A stretch of 64,000 bases of DNA, from NCBI GenBank assembly GCA_016931495.1, contig JAFGER010000017.1, forward strand, positions 835 to 64,834, in the 5' to 3' direction. Made by a program: the position numbers and the translations under genes. The stretch comes from Chlorobiaceae bacterium (GTDB lineage Bacteria; Bacteroidota; Chlorobiia; Chlorobiales; Chlorobiaceae). The notes below the pieces were generated by a model. That model was not told the DNA's origin. It was given only the letters and a program-made list of their open reading frames with translations, and made no database searches. Below are positions 39,242 to 49,765 of the stretch, in pieces; the stretch's first letter is position 1, and every line of letters begins with the position of its first letter.

Positions 39242-41077
39242 TCACCTGCGAGGCTGGTTACCCGCAGGCTTTGGCGAAGCAGGCGCTTCAGCTGAAACGA
39301 GGTTGCCGGTTTTCACGGATGAAGCGGACGGCTCGGCAGCCGACTCCCGGAACAGCTTGCCACCTTCGCGCCGGATGATCTCCTGCTGCTCGAAGATGGT
39401 CTCCGGATCAACCTTGAAATGCCTCAACAGCTCGGAGAACATCTGGATCGAGGTCTCGAAAATTTCGGTCACGACCGCATCGGCCCCTGCCCGGTAAAAC
39501 TGCGCGGCGGACTGGAACGAGCGGGAACGGACAATGATGAACGCGTCGCTGTTGATGGTGCGCACCAGCCGGATGCACTGCACGGCGGCCTCGATTTCGG
39601 GAATGCAGATCACCACCGAACGGCAGTGGTCGGTTCCGACACGAAGCAGCGATTTGCGTTCCGTGCAATCGCCGTAAAAGAGCGGCTCGCCTTTGCGGCG
39701 CATCGTGCTGACCACCTTGCGGTTGGTATCGAGCACCGTGTAGAGCAGGTTGGTCGCGTTCATCACGGCGGCCACATTGCGCCCGATCAGGCCGTAGCCG
39801 ATGATGACCGCATGGATTTCACCTTTGCAGGCGATCGATCCGGCGGCGGCGCGCGTTGGCTGCTTCGGCTGCTGCTCGGGCATGAGAGGCATGAACCTGA
39901 AGACCGGCGCCACCTGCGCAGCGAACCCCGGAGCCGCCGAAATCAGCGCGGGCGTCACGATCATGGTGACGACGATGATGGTCAGCATCAGCTGGAACAT
40001 GTGCTGGTCGAGCAGGCCCGTATTCTTCGCCGATCCGGCCAGCACGAACGAGAACTCCCCGATCTGCGCCAGCACCATGCCCGACATCAGACTCACCCGC
40101 GACGAAAAACCGAGCGCCATGGAAATGCCCGTCATCACGATCCCCTTCACGAGCAGCACCACGAGCGCCACACCGATCAGCCACGGAAGCTCGATCATGT
40201 TCACGTCGAGCAAGAGGCCGACGGAGACGAAGAATATGCTGGTCAGCGCCTCGCGGAAAGGGTCAATGGTTCGGCTGATACGGTGGCTGCCATCGGTGCT
40301 GGCGATCACCATACCGGCCATGAACGCGCCGAGCGCCAGCGACAGCCCGATGAGCGAGGCCAGCCATGCGGCTCCGAAGCAGAGCACCAGCGCGCCGAGC
40401 ACCAGCACCTCGCCGGCATGAAGCTCGGTAATCAGCCGCACGATCTTCGGCATCAGAAGCCGGAAACCGCCGAACATGCCGATGGCGAACAGCAGAAGCA
40501 GCGCAATTTCCTGAAAGGTGGCTTCGGGGGAAATGACCTTGCCGGGAGTCAGAAAGGTCAGGCCGATCATCAGGGGCACGATGGCCATGTCCTGGAAAAT
40601 GAGGATACCGAGAGCGATCTTGCCGTGATCGAAACCAAGCTCGTCGCGGTCGGAAAGGATTTTCAGGCAGAGCGCGGTGCTGCTCACCGAAAAGGAGAAG
40701 CCGAGCACAATCGCCTCCTGGATGCTGATCCGCTTGCCGATCGCCTCCAGCAGCCAGAACGCCAACGCGGCGATAATCATACCCGTCAGCATCACCTGCG
40801 ACAGACCTCCGGCAAAGACGATCTTCTGAAGCTTCTTCATATCGTCGAGCGAAAACTCCAGCCCGATGGTGAAAAGCAGCAAAACCACGCCCAGCTCGGC
40901 GAGGATCGAGATCAGTTCGCTGTCGCTGACCACCCCGAACCCGGTCGGTCCAAGCATGATGCCCGTAAAAATCAGACCGATCACCGGAGGAATCCGGATC
41001 CTCTGGAACAGCAGAATAGTGACGATGGCAAGGGTGCCGATCAGCACCAGTTGCCCGAGAAAATCATAGTGATGCAT
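39242..41077 (-). CDS. CPA2 cation:proton antiporter with RCK (KefC-like)
   Basis: ELGVVLLLFTIGLE, LIFQD, LALGAFMAG, QIGEFSFV, IIGYGLIG TrkA-N domain. Confidence 0.9.
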   Translation of the reverse strand: MHHYDFLGQLVLIGTLAIVTILLFQRIRIPPVIGLIFTGIMLGPTGFGVVSDSELISILAELGVVLLLFTIGLEFSLDDMKKLQKIVFAGGLSQVMLTGMIIAALAFWLLEAIGKRISIQEAIVLGFSFSVSSTALCLKILSDRDELGFDHGKIALGILIFQDMAIVPLMIGLTFLTPGKVISPEATFQEIALLLLFAIGMFGGFRLLMPKIVRLITELHAGEVLVLGALVLCFGAAWLASLIGLSLALGAFMAGMVIASTDGSHRISRTIDPFREALTSIFFVSVGLLLDVNMIELPWLIGVALVVLLVKGIVMTGISMALGFSSRVSLMSGMVLAQIGEFSFVLAGSAKNTGLLDQHMFQLMLTIIVVTMIVTPALISAAPGFAAQVAPVFRFMPLMPEQQPKQPTRAAAGSIACKGEIHAVIIGYGLIGRNVAAVMNATNLLYTVLDTNRKVVSTMRRKGEPLFYGDCTERKSLLRVGTDHCRSVVICIPEIEAAVQCIRLVRTINSDAFIIVRSRSFQSAAQFYRAGADAVVTEIFETSIQMFSELLRHFKVDPETIFEQQEIIRREGGKLFRESAAEPSASSVKTGNLVSAEAPASPKPAGNQPRR

Positions 41078-41556
41078 GACGCACCCAAGTCAAAACCTGA
41101 AAAATAGCTGGAACCTGACCGTCCCGCGAAATTCTCAAGGCTGCAATGGCATCAAGACCACCCCAAGATCTGGCTGGACATGGTTCTGTCCGTAAATGAA
41201 AAGGTGTGGCCTGCCGCCCGGAAGCGTAAAAATCAGTGAACGGTCATCATCTTCAGTGTAGCAACGGAATCACAAAGCTGCAAATACCTTTGCAACATTG
41301 TCGTTAAGGGCGTTGATTTTTCCGGTAAAATCATACATTGAAGAACTGTTGACAGTTCCCGCCCGGCTTTGGCGGCTCTGTTGCCATAACCCTCCGGCCT
41401 TTTTGCGAAGCCGGAGCGTTGCCGACATCACGATGCAGAATCATCCCGGAGCGTCCTGGACTTCCGGGCTTCCGGCGTTGTATCGGCGCAACGGAACCGT
41501 ACCGGAAGCGACCCGGCGGAGAGCTGCCGTTCCTTCACATCATGTCATGTTCTGCA

Positions 41557-43263
41557 ATGTTCAAACCCAAACTCCTGACCGTTCTTCCCGAGCTGACCAG
41601 AGAGCAGCTTGGCCGGGACATCGTTTCCGGAATCCTCGTCGGCATCGTGGCCCTGCCGCTTGCCATCGCCTTCGCCATCGCTTCGGGCGTTTCGCCTGAA
41701 AAGGGCCTCATCAGCGCCGTCATCGGCGGTTTCCTAATCTCGCTCTTCGGCGGCAGCCGCGTGCAGATCGGCGGGCCGACCGGCGCGTTCATCGTCATTC
41801 TCTACGGCATCGTGCAGCAGTACGGCGTCAACGGCCTGATGATCGCCACCATCATGGCGGGCGTGATTCTCATTATCATGGGCCTGTCGCAGCTCGGCTC
41901 GCTCATCAAGTTCATCCCCTACCCGGTCGTGGTCGGCTTCACCAGCGGCATCGCCATCATCATCTTTTCGAGCGAGGTGAAAGATTTTCTCGGCCTGCGG
42001 ATGGAATCGGTGCCGGCGCACTTCCTCGACAAGTGGGCCGCCTACTTCGCCGCGCTGCCGACGACCAGCCCTGAAACCCTCGCCATCGGCGTGACGGCGC
42101 TGCTGATCATTGTCTTCTGGCCGAAGGTCTCCACGAAAATCCCCGGCCCGCTGATTGCGCTCATCGTCACCACGGTGGCCGTGCGGATGCTGCACCTCGA
42201 CGTTGACACCATCGAGAGCCGCTTCGGCGAAATTTCGGCATCGATTCCCGCGCCCTCCGCCCCATCGTTCGACCTCGCGACGATCCGCAACCTCATCATG
42301 CCCGCCACCACCATCGCCCTGCTCGGCGCGATCGAGGCGCTGCTCTCGGCGGTGGTGGCCGACGGCATGATCGGCGCGCGGCACAAGTCGAACATGGAGC
42401 TGGTCGCCCAGGGCGTGGCCAACATCGCCGCGCCGCTCTTCGGCGGCATTCCGGTGACCGGAGCCATCGCCCGCACCGCCACCAACATCAAGAACGGCGG
42501 ACGCACGCCCATCGCCGGCATCGTTCACGCGATCACGCTACTGGCAATCATGCTGGTGTTCGGCTCGTGGGCCAAGCTGATTCCGATGCCCACGCTCGCC
42601 GCAATTCTGATCGTCGTTGCCTGGAACATGAGCGAGCACCACGTCTTCCGCCAACTGCTCAAAAGCCCAAAGAGCGACGTGGCCGTGCTCCTGACCACCT
42701 TTTTCCTGACGGTGATCTTCGACCTCACCATCGCCATCGAAATCGGCATGCTGCTGTCGGTCATCCTCTTCATGAAGCAGATGGCCAGCCTCAGCAATGT
42801 CGGCGTGGTCACCGGCGAACTGAAGGATGCCGAGGACGAGAACGACCCGAACGCCATCATCACCCGCGCCATTCCGGAGGGTGTCGATGTGTTCGAGGTC
42901 AGCGGCCCCTTCTTCTTCGGAGCGGCTTCCAAATTCAAGGACGCGATGCACGTGGTCGGCAAACCTCCGGCGATCCGCATCATCCGGATGCGCAAGGTGC
43001 TGAGCATCGACGCCACGGGGCTGAACATGCTCAAAGAGCTGGTGAAGGATTGCCGGAAAACCGGCACGAAGCTGATCCTCTCCGGCGTGCACGCCCAGCC
43101 GATGTTCGCCATGCAGCAGTACGGGCTGGCCGATGAAATCGGCGAGGAGAACCTGTTCGGCAACATCGACGACGCCCTCGACCGCGCACGAACCCTACTC
43201 GGCCTGCCCACAGAGGGACGGCCACAGGAGTTCGTGGCAAGTGTGGAAAGGGAAAAGAAATAA
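41557..43263 (+). CDS. SulP/SLC26 anion permease with STAS domain
   Basis: [41 protein letters not shown]; ATG at 41557. Confidence 0.93.
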   Translation: MFKPKLLTVLPELTREQLGRDIVSGILVGIVALPLAIAFAIASGVSPEKGLISAVIGGFLISLFGGSRVQIGGPTGAFIVILYGIVQQYGVNGLMIATIMAGVILIIMGLSQLGSLIKFIPYPVVVGFTSGIAIIIFSSEVKDFLGLRMESVPAHFLDKWAAYFAALPTTSPETLAIGVTALLIIVFWPKVSTKIPGPLIALIVTTVAVRMLHLDVDTIESRFGEISASIPAPSAPSFDLATIRNLIMPATTIALLGAIEALLSAVVADGMIGARHKSNMELVAQGVANIAAPLFGGIPVTGAIARTATNIKNGGRTPIAGIVHAITLLAIMLVFGSWAKLIPMPTLAAILIVVAWNMSEHHVFRQLLKSPKSDVAVLLTTFFLTVIFDLTIAIEIGMLLSVILFMKQMASLSNVGVVTGELKDAEDENDPNAIITRAIPEGVDVFEVSGPFFFGAASKFKDAMHVVGKPPAIRIIRMRKVLSIDATGLNMLKELVKDCRKTGTKLILSGVHAQPMFAMQQYGLADEIGEENLFGNIDDALDRARTLLGLPTEGRPQEFVASVEREKK

Positions 43264-43281
43264 CAAGGCGGGAAACATTAT

Positions 43282-43329
43282 TTCCTGTAGGACTTATAGG
43301 CCCTATACGACCTATAAGTCCTACAGGAA
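43282..43329. repeat. Perfect 19-bp inverted repeat built from 9-bp CCTATA-type units
   Basis: TTCCTGTAGGACTTATAGG / CCTATAAGTCCTACAGGAA; units at 43282, 43291, 43300, 43309, 43318. Confidence 0.85.
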
Positions 43330-43344
43330 TAACGCTTTAAAACC

Positions 43345-43602
43345 TCACGCTTCCTTAACGCTGTAGGTTCTGATGCTTGAAATCGAATCGATACTGTAGT
43401 AGGTGTTGACCGATGTGTCCGACGACTCCTCGGTCACCCGCAGAAACTGGTCGCTGATGAAAAGCACGGCATTTTCATACACCGTCCCCTCGTTGATCTG
43501 CAACTTCACCCCTTTACGGATTTTCCGCGACATGGTTCCATGCAATGGCACCGAGGCGTACTCGAGCACCTTCTCCCATGTCTGCAATGCACTACCTGCC
43601 AT
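43345..43602 (-). CDS. Small hypothetical protein
   Basis: 85-aa ORF with GGGGGC RBS-like sequence; fills the gap with no conflicting gene. Confidence 0.7.
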   Translation of the reverse strand: MAGSALQTWEKVLEYASVPLHGTMSRKIRKGVKLQINEGTVYENAVLFISDQFLRVTEESSDTSVNTYYSIDSISSIRTYSVKEA

Positions 43603-43737
43603 AAAAGCCCCCTCTTTCTTACATTATTGTAAATTTTTTACTTATTTTATTAAGCAATAACTGAATATTATCTTATTTTTTAAACTTTAACAACATTCTC
43701 CGCGTTAAAACCCGAGACAATTGAAAGCCTGACAACC

Positions 43738-44049
43738 ATGGAACAAACCCCGTTACGACCTCTGGGCGAGGTCATGACAATGATCGAGGCGCTCGGCCAC
43801 GAAGTCACCTACGCTTACGAAGACCTGATCTTCATCGACCACAACGACTTCCTTTTGCAATTCGACGCTGCCGATCCCAACGCGCTCGACCTCTTTTTCA
43901 ACACCGAATGCGATGACGCCGAAGCTGACGCGGTTGCCGGGCAGATCATTCCCGAAGGCATTCAAAAGGGGCTGGTCATTCGCAGAAAAGGCACCTACAC
44001 CATGACGGAGGCCGAAGGCAACAACCTGCAAATCATCTTCAACCCCTGA
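43738..44049 (+). CDS. Small acidic hypothetical protein
   Basis: 103-aa ORF with native codon usage; VTYAYEDLIFIDHNDFLLQFD. Confidence 0.75.
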   Translation: MEQTPLRPLGEVMTMIEALGHEVTYAYEDLIFIDHNDFLLQFDAADPNALDLFFNTECDDAEADAVAGQIIPEGIQKGLVIRRKGTYTMTEAEGNNLQIIFNP

Positions 44050-44127
44050 TCGCCGTTCAGCAAAAGGTCAGCTGGCGGAACCATTTGCAACCGCATGGCA
44101 TTTTCCGGGAAAAAGAAGGAGGAAGAT

Positions 44128-44532
44128 ATGCCGAGCTGGTATGACGGGCTGGTCAAGCCAAAGCTGACGCCGCCGAAACAGGTGTTCTGGCCGGTGTGGA
44201 TGACCTTGTACGCACTCATCGCCGCAGCGCTGATCCTCTATTTCCGCACCCCGGAAAAGCCTTTCTTCACTGCGGTGATTCCGCTGCTCGCAGCGCACTT
44301 TGTTGCGGGGTTTTCGTGGACGTCGATCTTTTTCGGCAAAAAGAGAATCCTCGCCGCGCTCATCGACCTGCTTTTCATGGATGTGACGCTGGCCGTCATC
44401 ATTCCGCTTTTTTACGTGACCAATTCACTGGCGGCGGCTCTGCTCATCCCCTATTTCTGCTGGTGCCTGCTGGCGACGTACCTGAACTGGAGCCTCTGGC
44501 GACTCAATCCGCAAAACCGGCAACGGCGCTGA
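44128..44532 (+). CDS. tspO: TspO/MBR family protein
   Basis: WYDGLVKPKLTPPKQVFWPVWMTLY, LLIPYFCW..ATYLNW; AAGGAGG RBS before ATG 44128. Confidence 0.9.
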   Translation: MPSWYDGLVKPKLTPPKQVFWPVWMTLYALIAAALILYFRTPEKPFFTAVIPLLAAHFVAGFSWTSIFFGKKRILAALIDLLFMDVTLAVIIPLFYVTNSLAAALLIPYFCWCLLATYLNWSLWRLNPQNRQRR

Positions 44533-44637
44533 AACCATTGCCGCCTCATTGACGGAATCAGCCGAATCGCTATTTTACAGAAGTACCGACCGTTACAAGC
44601 TCAATCCGGAACGATCAATCTCCTGAATTCAGAAACC

Positions 44638-45081
44638 ATGAAATACTCGGAAGCAACGCAAGGACGGGTGTTCGTCATCAGGCTTGAGGATGGCGACATC
44701 TTTCATGAAGAGATCGAACGGTTCGCCAGGGAGAAAGGAATTTTACGAGCCTGGCTGAACGTGGTCGGCGGGGCGGACAAAGGGAGTCAGCTGGTGGTCG
44801 GCCCGGAAGAGAGCCGTGCTTTTCCGGTCAATCCGATGACGCTCGATCTGTACGACGCGCATGAAATTGTGGGTACAGGCACCATCTTTCCGGACGAATC
44901 CGACAACCCTGTGGTGCATCTGCACATGGCCTGCGGCCGGGAGGAAAGCACCGTCACAGGCTGCGTGCGCAACGGCGTCAGAACATGGCACGTCATGGAG
45001 GTGATTCTGGTCGAACTGCTCGGCACCGAGGCCCGCAGAGTCCCCGACAAAGCCACCGGCTTCAACCTGCTGATTCCGTAA
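44638..45081 (+). CDS. PPC (DUF296) domain protein
   Basis: GRVFVIRLEDG, HEIVGTGTI, VHLHMACGR. Confidence 0.85.
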   Translation: MKYSEATQGRVFVIRLEDGDIFHEEIERFAREKGILRAWLNVVGGADKGSQLVVGPEESRAFPVNPMTLDLYDAHEIVGTGTIFPDESDNPVVHLHMACGREESTVTGCVRNGVRTWHVMEVILVELLGTEARRVPDKATGFNLLIP

Positions 45082-45092
45082 AATCAACGCTT

Positions 45093-45128
45093 CTCCTGTA
45101 AGTCCTGTACGACCTACAGGGCTTGTAA
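45093..45128. repeat. 9-bp-period CCTGTA/CCTACA micro-array
   Basis: CTCCTGTAA|GTCCTGTAC|GACCTACAG|GGCTTGTAA, between convergent genes. Confidence 0.7.
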
Positions 45129-45147
45129 ACTCTTCCGCCCCAAAACT

Positions 45148-46251
45148 TTACGCAAACGGATTCTTCCCGCACTCGACGCCAAGCGAGGCGGCCACGGCGG
45201 GATTGATCACCTCGCCGTTCCAGACATTCAGCCCTCCGGCAAGCCCCGGCATGACAACCATCGCGCTTTCGAGGCCGAGGTCGGCGAGCCGCCGCAGGTA
45301 AGGCAGCGTCACGCCGGTCAGGGCTTCGGTCGAGCTGCCGGGATAGGCCGCCGGCATGTTGGTCACGCCATAGTGCACCACCCCCTCATCAACAAAAACC
45401 GGATCGGGATGGGTTGTCGGACGGGAGGTCTCGATACAGCCGCCCTGATCGATGGCGATATCCACAATCACCGCGCCAGGCTTCATGCCACGCACCATCT
45501 TCCGGTTCACGAGCTTCGGCGCGCTCGCCCCGGCAATCAGCACGGCGCCGATCAAAAGATCGGTTTCGGGCAACAGCTCTTCGAGGTGCTGCTCGTTCGA
45601 GTAGATCGTATGCACCTGCGCGGGAAGCACCGATTCGAGCGCACGCATCCGCTCCTGATCGGCCTCCATGACCGTCACCTCCGCGCCGAGACCGGCCGCC
45701 GCGCGTGCGGCATTCATGCCGGCGGTACCGCCGCCAAGCACCAGCACCCTGCCGGGCAGGACGCCGGGCACGCCGCCAAGCAGTTTGCCCATTCCGCCAT
45801 GAAGCTTCGACAGATAGTAGCCCCCCATGAGCACGCTCATCTTTCCGGCGATTTCGCTCATCGGAGCCAGCAGCGGCAACCGCCCGCCGACCTCCACGGT
45901 TTCGTAGCCAATCGCCGTCACGCCGGCTCCGGCAAGCGCCTCCGTCAATCCCGGAACGCCGGCCAGGTGCAGAAAGGTGAAAAGAATCAGCTCCTTGCGG
46001 AAAAAGCGGTACTCCTCCTCCAGCGGCTCCTTGACCTTGACGACGAGGTCGGCGCCCCAGACCTCCTCCTGCTCCCTGGCCAGCACCGCACCGGCAAGCC
46101 GGTACTTCTCGTCGGTGAAGCCACTCTCGGCGCCAGCGCCGCACTCGACAAGCACCCTGTGCCCCGCGCCGACAAGCTGACGCACTCCGGCAGGCGTGCA
46201 GGCGACCCTGGTTTCAAGGGTCTTGATCTCCCGTGGAATTCCTATATTCAT
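45148..46251 (-). CDS. ald: Alanine dehydrogenase
   Basis: [54 protein letters not shown]; ATG at 46251. Confidence 0.95.
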   Translation of the reverse strand: MNIGIPREIKTLETRVACTPAGVRQLVGAGHRVLVECGAGAESGFTDEKYRLAGAVLAREQEEVWGADLVVKVKEPLEEEYRFFRKELILFTFLHLAGVPGLTEALAGAGVTAIGYETVEVGGRLPLLAPMSEIAGKMSVLMGGYYLSKLHGGMGKLLGGVPGVLPGRVLVLGGGTAGMNAARAAAGLGAEVTVMEADQERMRALESVLPAQVHTIYSNEQHLEELLPETDLLIGAVLIAGASAPKLVNRKMVRGMKPGAVIVDIAIDQGGCIETSRPTTHPDPVFVDEGVVHYGVTNMPAAYPGSSTEALTGVTLPYLRRLADLGLESAMVVMPGLAGGLNVWNGEVINPAVAASLGVECGKNPFA

Positions 46252-46347
46252 GGCTGAAAATTCAGGATTGACCGATTGGTAACAATGTACCACTCCAGCC
46301 TCTTTTCCGGAACAATCCCGAATGAAACAAACCTCCGAAACCCCGGC

Positions 46348-46647
46348 ATGGAACCCGAAACCTGGCCCGTTCTGGCAGACCCGCTCTTCTGGCTTCTGAC
46401 CGCCGCCAGCCTTGCCACGGCAGCCGCACCGGCGCTGCCGAGGCCAGTCGGCAAACGGAAAGCCATCGCCATTGCAGCGCTCTGGGCGACCATCTCCGGA
46501 ATCTCCGTGACGCTCTTCGGAGTGCTGCCCGCGCTTGCCTCGGCACTGTTTTCGCTGCTCTCCGGAGCTCTGCTGCTTGCCGCCTCGCTGGTTTTTTCGG
46601 GCATCCGGTCGATGCCGAACCGGCGCTACGAAGAGCGCAAACCCTGA
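46348..46647 (+). CDS. Possible small membrane protein
   Basis: Three hydrophobic segments; no recognised family. Confidence 0.4.
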   Translation: MEPETWPVLADPLFWLLTAASLATAAAPALPRPVGKRKAIAIAALWATISGISVTLFGVLPALASALFSLLSGALLLAASLVFSGIRSMPNRRYEERKP

Positions 46648-46664
46648 GCATCCTGACAAATCTG

Positions 46665-47411
46665 TCACATCGTGAACCAGGCAGGAACATGGCTCCAGGC
46701 GTGCCGCATCCGGCGGTCGTGCTCCTTCCAGTCCGGATCGTACCGCGCCACCGCGTCCCAGAACTTCGGCGAATGATTCATGTGCAGCGTGTGGCAAAGC
46801 TCATGAATCATGATGTGACGCACCAGCTCCGGCGGCAGAAAGAGCAGCTTGAGATTGAGACTGATCGTGCCCTTCGTCGAGCAGCTCCCCCACCGGCTCC
46901 GCTGCTTGCGGAACGAAACGCGCGAAATGGCAAAGCGATGCTCCGAAGCAAGTCCCAGGAGCCGGGGCGCGAGCTTGACCTTCGCACGATGCTTGAGCCA
47001 GCCTTCAAGCGCCTTGCGGCACAGTTCGTGATTGCCGACCAGGCCCGAAAGCTCGACCCGGCTGCCCTCCTTTTCCTGAATCTGAATGCCCGTCGTCTGC
47101 AACCGCTCATCACGATAGACGACATCCCACACCTCTCCGATACCGGCCAGCGCAATCCGCTCCGGAAGGGCTTCGCCGGAAACCGCTTCATCGGCGGGTC
47201 GATGTTTTTCGAAGGCCTGACGGGTTTTCATGATCCACTCCGCCTTGCTCTCGACCAGCGCCGGAACCAGCGTCCTGTCGAAACCGGCAGGCACAATGAC
47301 GACCAGACCATCGTAAGGCGAGAATTTCAGGCGAACACTCCTTGCCCGGCCACTGACCCTGACCGTATAGGGAACTGACGAGAAGTGTGATGCGGAAGAT
47401 GATGGGAGCAT
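46665..47411 (-). CDS. YgjP-like / M48-SprT metallopeptidase
   Basis: QRSRWGSCS, IMIHELCHTLHMNHSPKFW. Confidence 0.88.
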   Translation of the reverse strand: MLPSSSASHFSSVPYTVRVSGRARSVRLKFSPYDGLVVIVPAGFDRTLVPALVESKAEWIMKTRQAFEKHRPADEAVSGEALPERIALAGIGEVWDVVYRDERLQTTGIQIQEKEGSRVELSGLVGNHELCRKALEGWLKHRAKVKLAPRLLGLASEHRFAISRVSFRKQRSRWGSCSTKGTISLNLKLLFLPPELVRHIMIHELCHTLHMNHSPKFWDAVARYDPDWKEHDRRMRHAWSHVPAWFTM

Positions 47412-47601
47412 CGGAACGATTCAGAAAACAAACGGTTGAGGAAGCTGCCTTGAAGTATAAGCACTCCGCCACAAGAATAAAATTGGTCATTCCGGGAAAG
47501 CCGGAAGCGGCAATCCCTCCGGGCCATCCTTCATGCCGAAGGCAAAGAAGCGGTTTTCCATGATTTTTTCCGATCCGCAACTCCGGAAATTTGGAAAATA
47601 A

Positions 47602-47755
47602 TTAACGATTGTTAAATTAATTCCTAATCAGTACCCCGACACCATCAGCTGACCTCAAGCTGCGACAATCAGAAAACCAGCAAGACGAAACAAGTTTTTT
47701 GATAAGATCGAAAAATGTCGGATATTAACAATTGTGATTTATTAACAATCGTTAA
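47602..47755. promoter_or_regulatory. Candidate operator sites TTAAC-N4-GTTAA
   Basis: TTAACGATTGTTAA (47602-47615), its exact reverse complement TTAACAATCGTTAA (47742-47755) and partial TTAACAATTGTGAT (47725), in an AT-rich divergent promoter region. Confidence 0.6.
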
Positions 47756-47814
47756 ATCAAATCAAAAAGAAATACCGACACAACGCCTCCATCAAACCCA
47801 AACGCTCTACGACC

Positions 47815-48279
47815 ATGACAGCCAACACCCCCAACGGAATCCCGATGCCCATCATCAACCTGACCAGGTATCTTCTCGTGACAGGCATCATTCTTGCCAT
47901 CGTCCTGCAGCAGCCGCTGATCACCACAGGGCTCTTCTTTCTCATGCTTCCTGCCGTGATCTGGGGCAAAAAGGCCAGCCTGATCTTTTACATCGGATCG
48001 CACCTTTTCAAAAAATGGAACGCGACGGCTCACACCGAAAGCCCGAAACTGACCCGCTTCAACAACTCGATCGCCGTGATTCTGCTTGGCATGGCTCAGG
48101 TCGCCTTCTTTTTCAACGCTGACCTTGCCGGCTATATTTTTTCAGGTATCGTCGCCCTGGCCGCCTTTATCGCAATCTGCGGATTCTGCGTCGGCTGCTT
48201 CCTGTTCTTCCAGTACAACATGCAGAAGCACAAGCTGTTTGGACGCAAAACCTCTCCCCAGTACAACACTGCCGGCTGA
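47815..48279 (+). CDS. DUF4395-like membrane protein
   Basis: PKLTRFNNSIA...LAAFIAICGFCVGCFLF motif. Confidence 0.8.
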   Translation: MTANTPNGIPMPIINLTRYLLVTGIILAIVLQQPLITTGLFFLMLPAVIWGKKASLIFYIGSHLFKKWNATAHTESPKLTRFNNSIAVILLGMAQVAFFFNADLAGYIFSGIVALAAFIAICGFCVGCFLFFQYNMQKHKLFGRKTSPQYNTAG

Positions 48280-48292
48280 GTTTTTCCTGAGC

Positions 48293-48490
48293 GTTACTCC
48301 GGCAACCAGAACAGGCGCAGTTGAGCAAGAACGGGGGTTCTGCTCCTGAATGGAGCGCAGTGAACCACTGGATTCATGATGCCTGCATCAGGCGTGAAAC
48401 AGCGCAAATACCGTTCATTGCCGGAGTAACTGCAGCAACTCCCCCCGGAAGAAACCTGTCAGCCCTCGCGGCTTCAGGTTTCTTCTGTTT
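48293..48490 (+). other. Candidate structured RNA plus terminator-like hairpin
   Basis: 13-bp stem 48293-48305/48418-48430 enclosing a multi-stem junction; hairpin 48448-48485 followed by TGTTT. Confidence 0.5.
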
Positions 48491-48613
48491 ATCCTCCTCG
48501 TCATCGGCCAGCCCGGCCCGAAATTCAACAGCAAGCAGAGAAAAGCCCGTGACTGAAACGGAGATTCTGGTTACCTTTCCCTGAGGATCACGACAACTGT
48601 TGCAACCACGCCC

Positions 48614-49756
48614 ATGCACTTTGAAACCATCGCCATCCACGACGGCAATACGCCGGAACGGTGCGCCGGATCGGTGATGCCGCCGGTTTACCAGACTTCG
48701 ACCTTCGCGCGGCCAAGCCTCGACGAGCGGGGCGAATTCTTCTATTCGCGCATCGGCAACCCCACGCGCTCGGCGCTCGAAACGACCCTCGCGCTGCTTG
48801 AAAATGGCAGGTACGCCACGACCTTCGCCTCGGGCGTGGCGGCGATGATGGCCGCAGTGCAGGTGCTCAGACCGGGCGATCACGTCGTTTCAAGCCTCGA
48901 CGTTTACGGCGGGAGCTACCGGATTTTCGAGCAGCTTCTGCGTCCGTGGGGCGTCGAAACCTCCTACGCGGCGAGCGAGGCGACAGAGAGCTTTCTCGAC
49001 TGCATCCGCCCGGAGACGCACATGATCTGGATCGAATCGCCCTCGAATCCGCTTTTGCAAATCTGCGACATCCGCGCCCTCGCCGAAATCGCCAACGAAC
49101 GCGGCATCGTGCTCGCGGTCGATAACACCTTCGCCAGCCCGTACTTCCAGCGCCCGCTCGACCTCGGCGCGCACCTCGTCGTGCACTCGACCACCAAGTA
49201 CCTCGGCGGCCACAGCGACGTGATCGGCGGCGCGGTCGTCGCGTCGGACGACGACCTGCACCTCGCCGTCCGCAACTACCAGGGCGCGGCGGGCGCGATT
49301 CCCGGCCCGTGGGATTGCTGGCTGATTTCGCGTGGCATCAAAACGCTGAAAATCCGCATGGAGGAGCACCAGAAAAACGCGCTGCATCTGGCGCGAGCGC
49401 TTGAAGCGCATCCGGCGGTGAGCCGCGTCATCTACCCCGGCCTGCCGTCGCATCCGCAGCACGAGCTGGCCAAGAGCCAGATGAGCGGCTTCGGCGGCAT
49501 GGTCACGATTGCGCTGAAAGGCGGGCTTCCGGCAGTTCGGAAGATGATCGGCACATTGAAACTCTTCGTTATTGCCGACAGCCTCGGCGGCGTGGAGTCG
49601 CTCGTCGCCTCGCCCGCGCGCATGACCTTCGGCCCGCTGAGTCAGGCGGAGCGCGACCGACGCGCCTGCACCGACGACCTGGTGCGGCTCTCGGTCGGCC
49701 TCGAAAACGCGGAAGACCTCGAACAGGATCTCCTGCAAGCTCTTGCAACCATCTGA
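48614..49756 (+). CDS. metB: PLP-dependent trans-sulfuration enzyme (cystathionine gamma-synthase/beta-lyase family)
   Basis: PPVYQTSTF, YSRIGNPTR, ESPSNP, VDNTFASP, HSTTKYLGGHSD, SLGGVESL; MetB versus MetC not resolved. Confidence 0.8.
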   Translation: MHFETIAIHDGNTPERCAGSVMPPVYQTSTFARPSLDERGEFFYSRIGNPTRSALETTLALLENGRYATTFASGVAAMMAAVQVLRPGDHVVSSLDVYGGSYRIFEQLLRPWGVETSYAASEATESFLDCIRPETHMIWIESPSNPLLQICDIRALAEIANERGIVLAVDNTFASPYFQRPLDLGAHLVVHSTTKYLGGHSDVIGGAVVASDDDLHLAVRNYQGAAGAIPGPWDCWLISRGIKTLKIRMEEHQKNALHLARALEAHPAVSRVIYPGLPSHPQHELAKSQMSGFGGMVTIALKGGLPAVRKMIGTLKLFVIADSLGGVESLVASPARMTFGPLSQAERDRRACTDDLVRLSVGLENAEDLEQDLLQALATI

Positions 49757-49765
49757 TTTACACGC

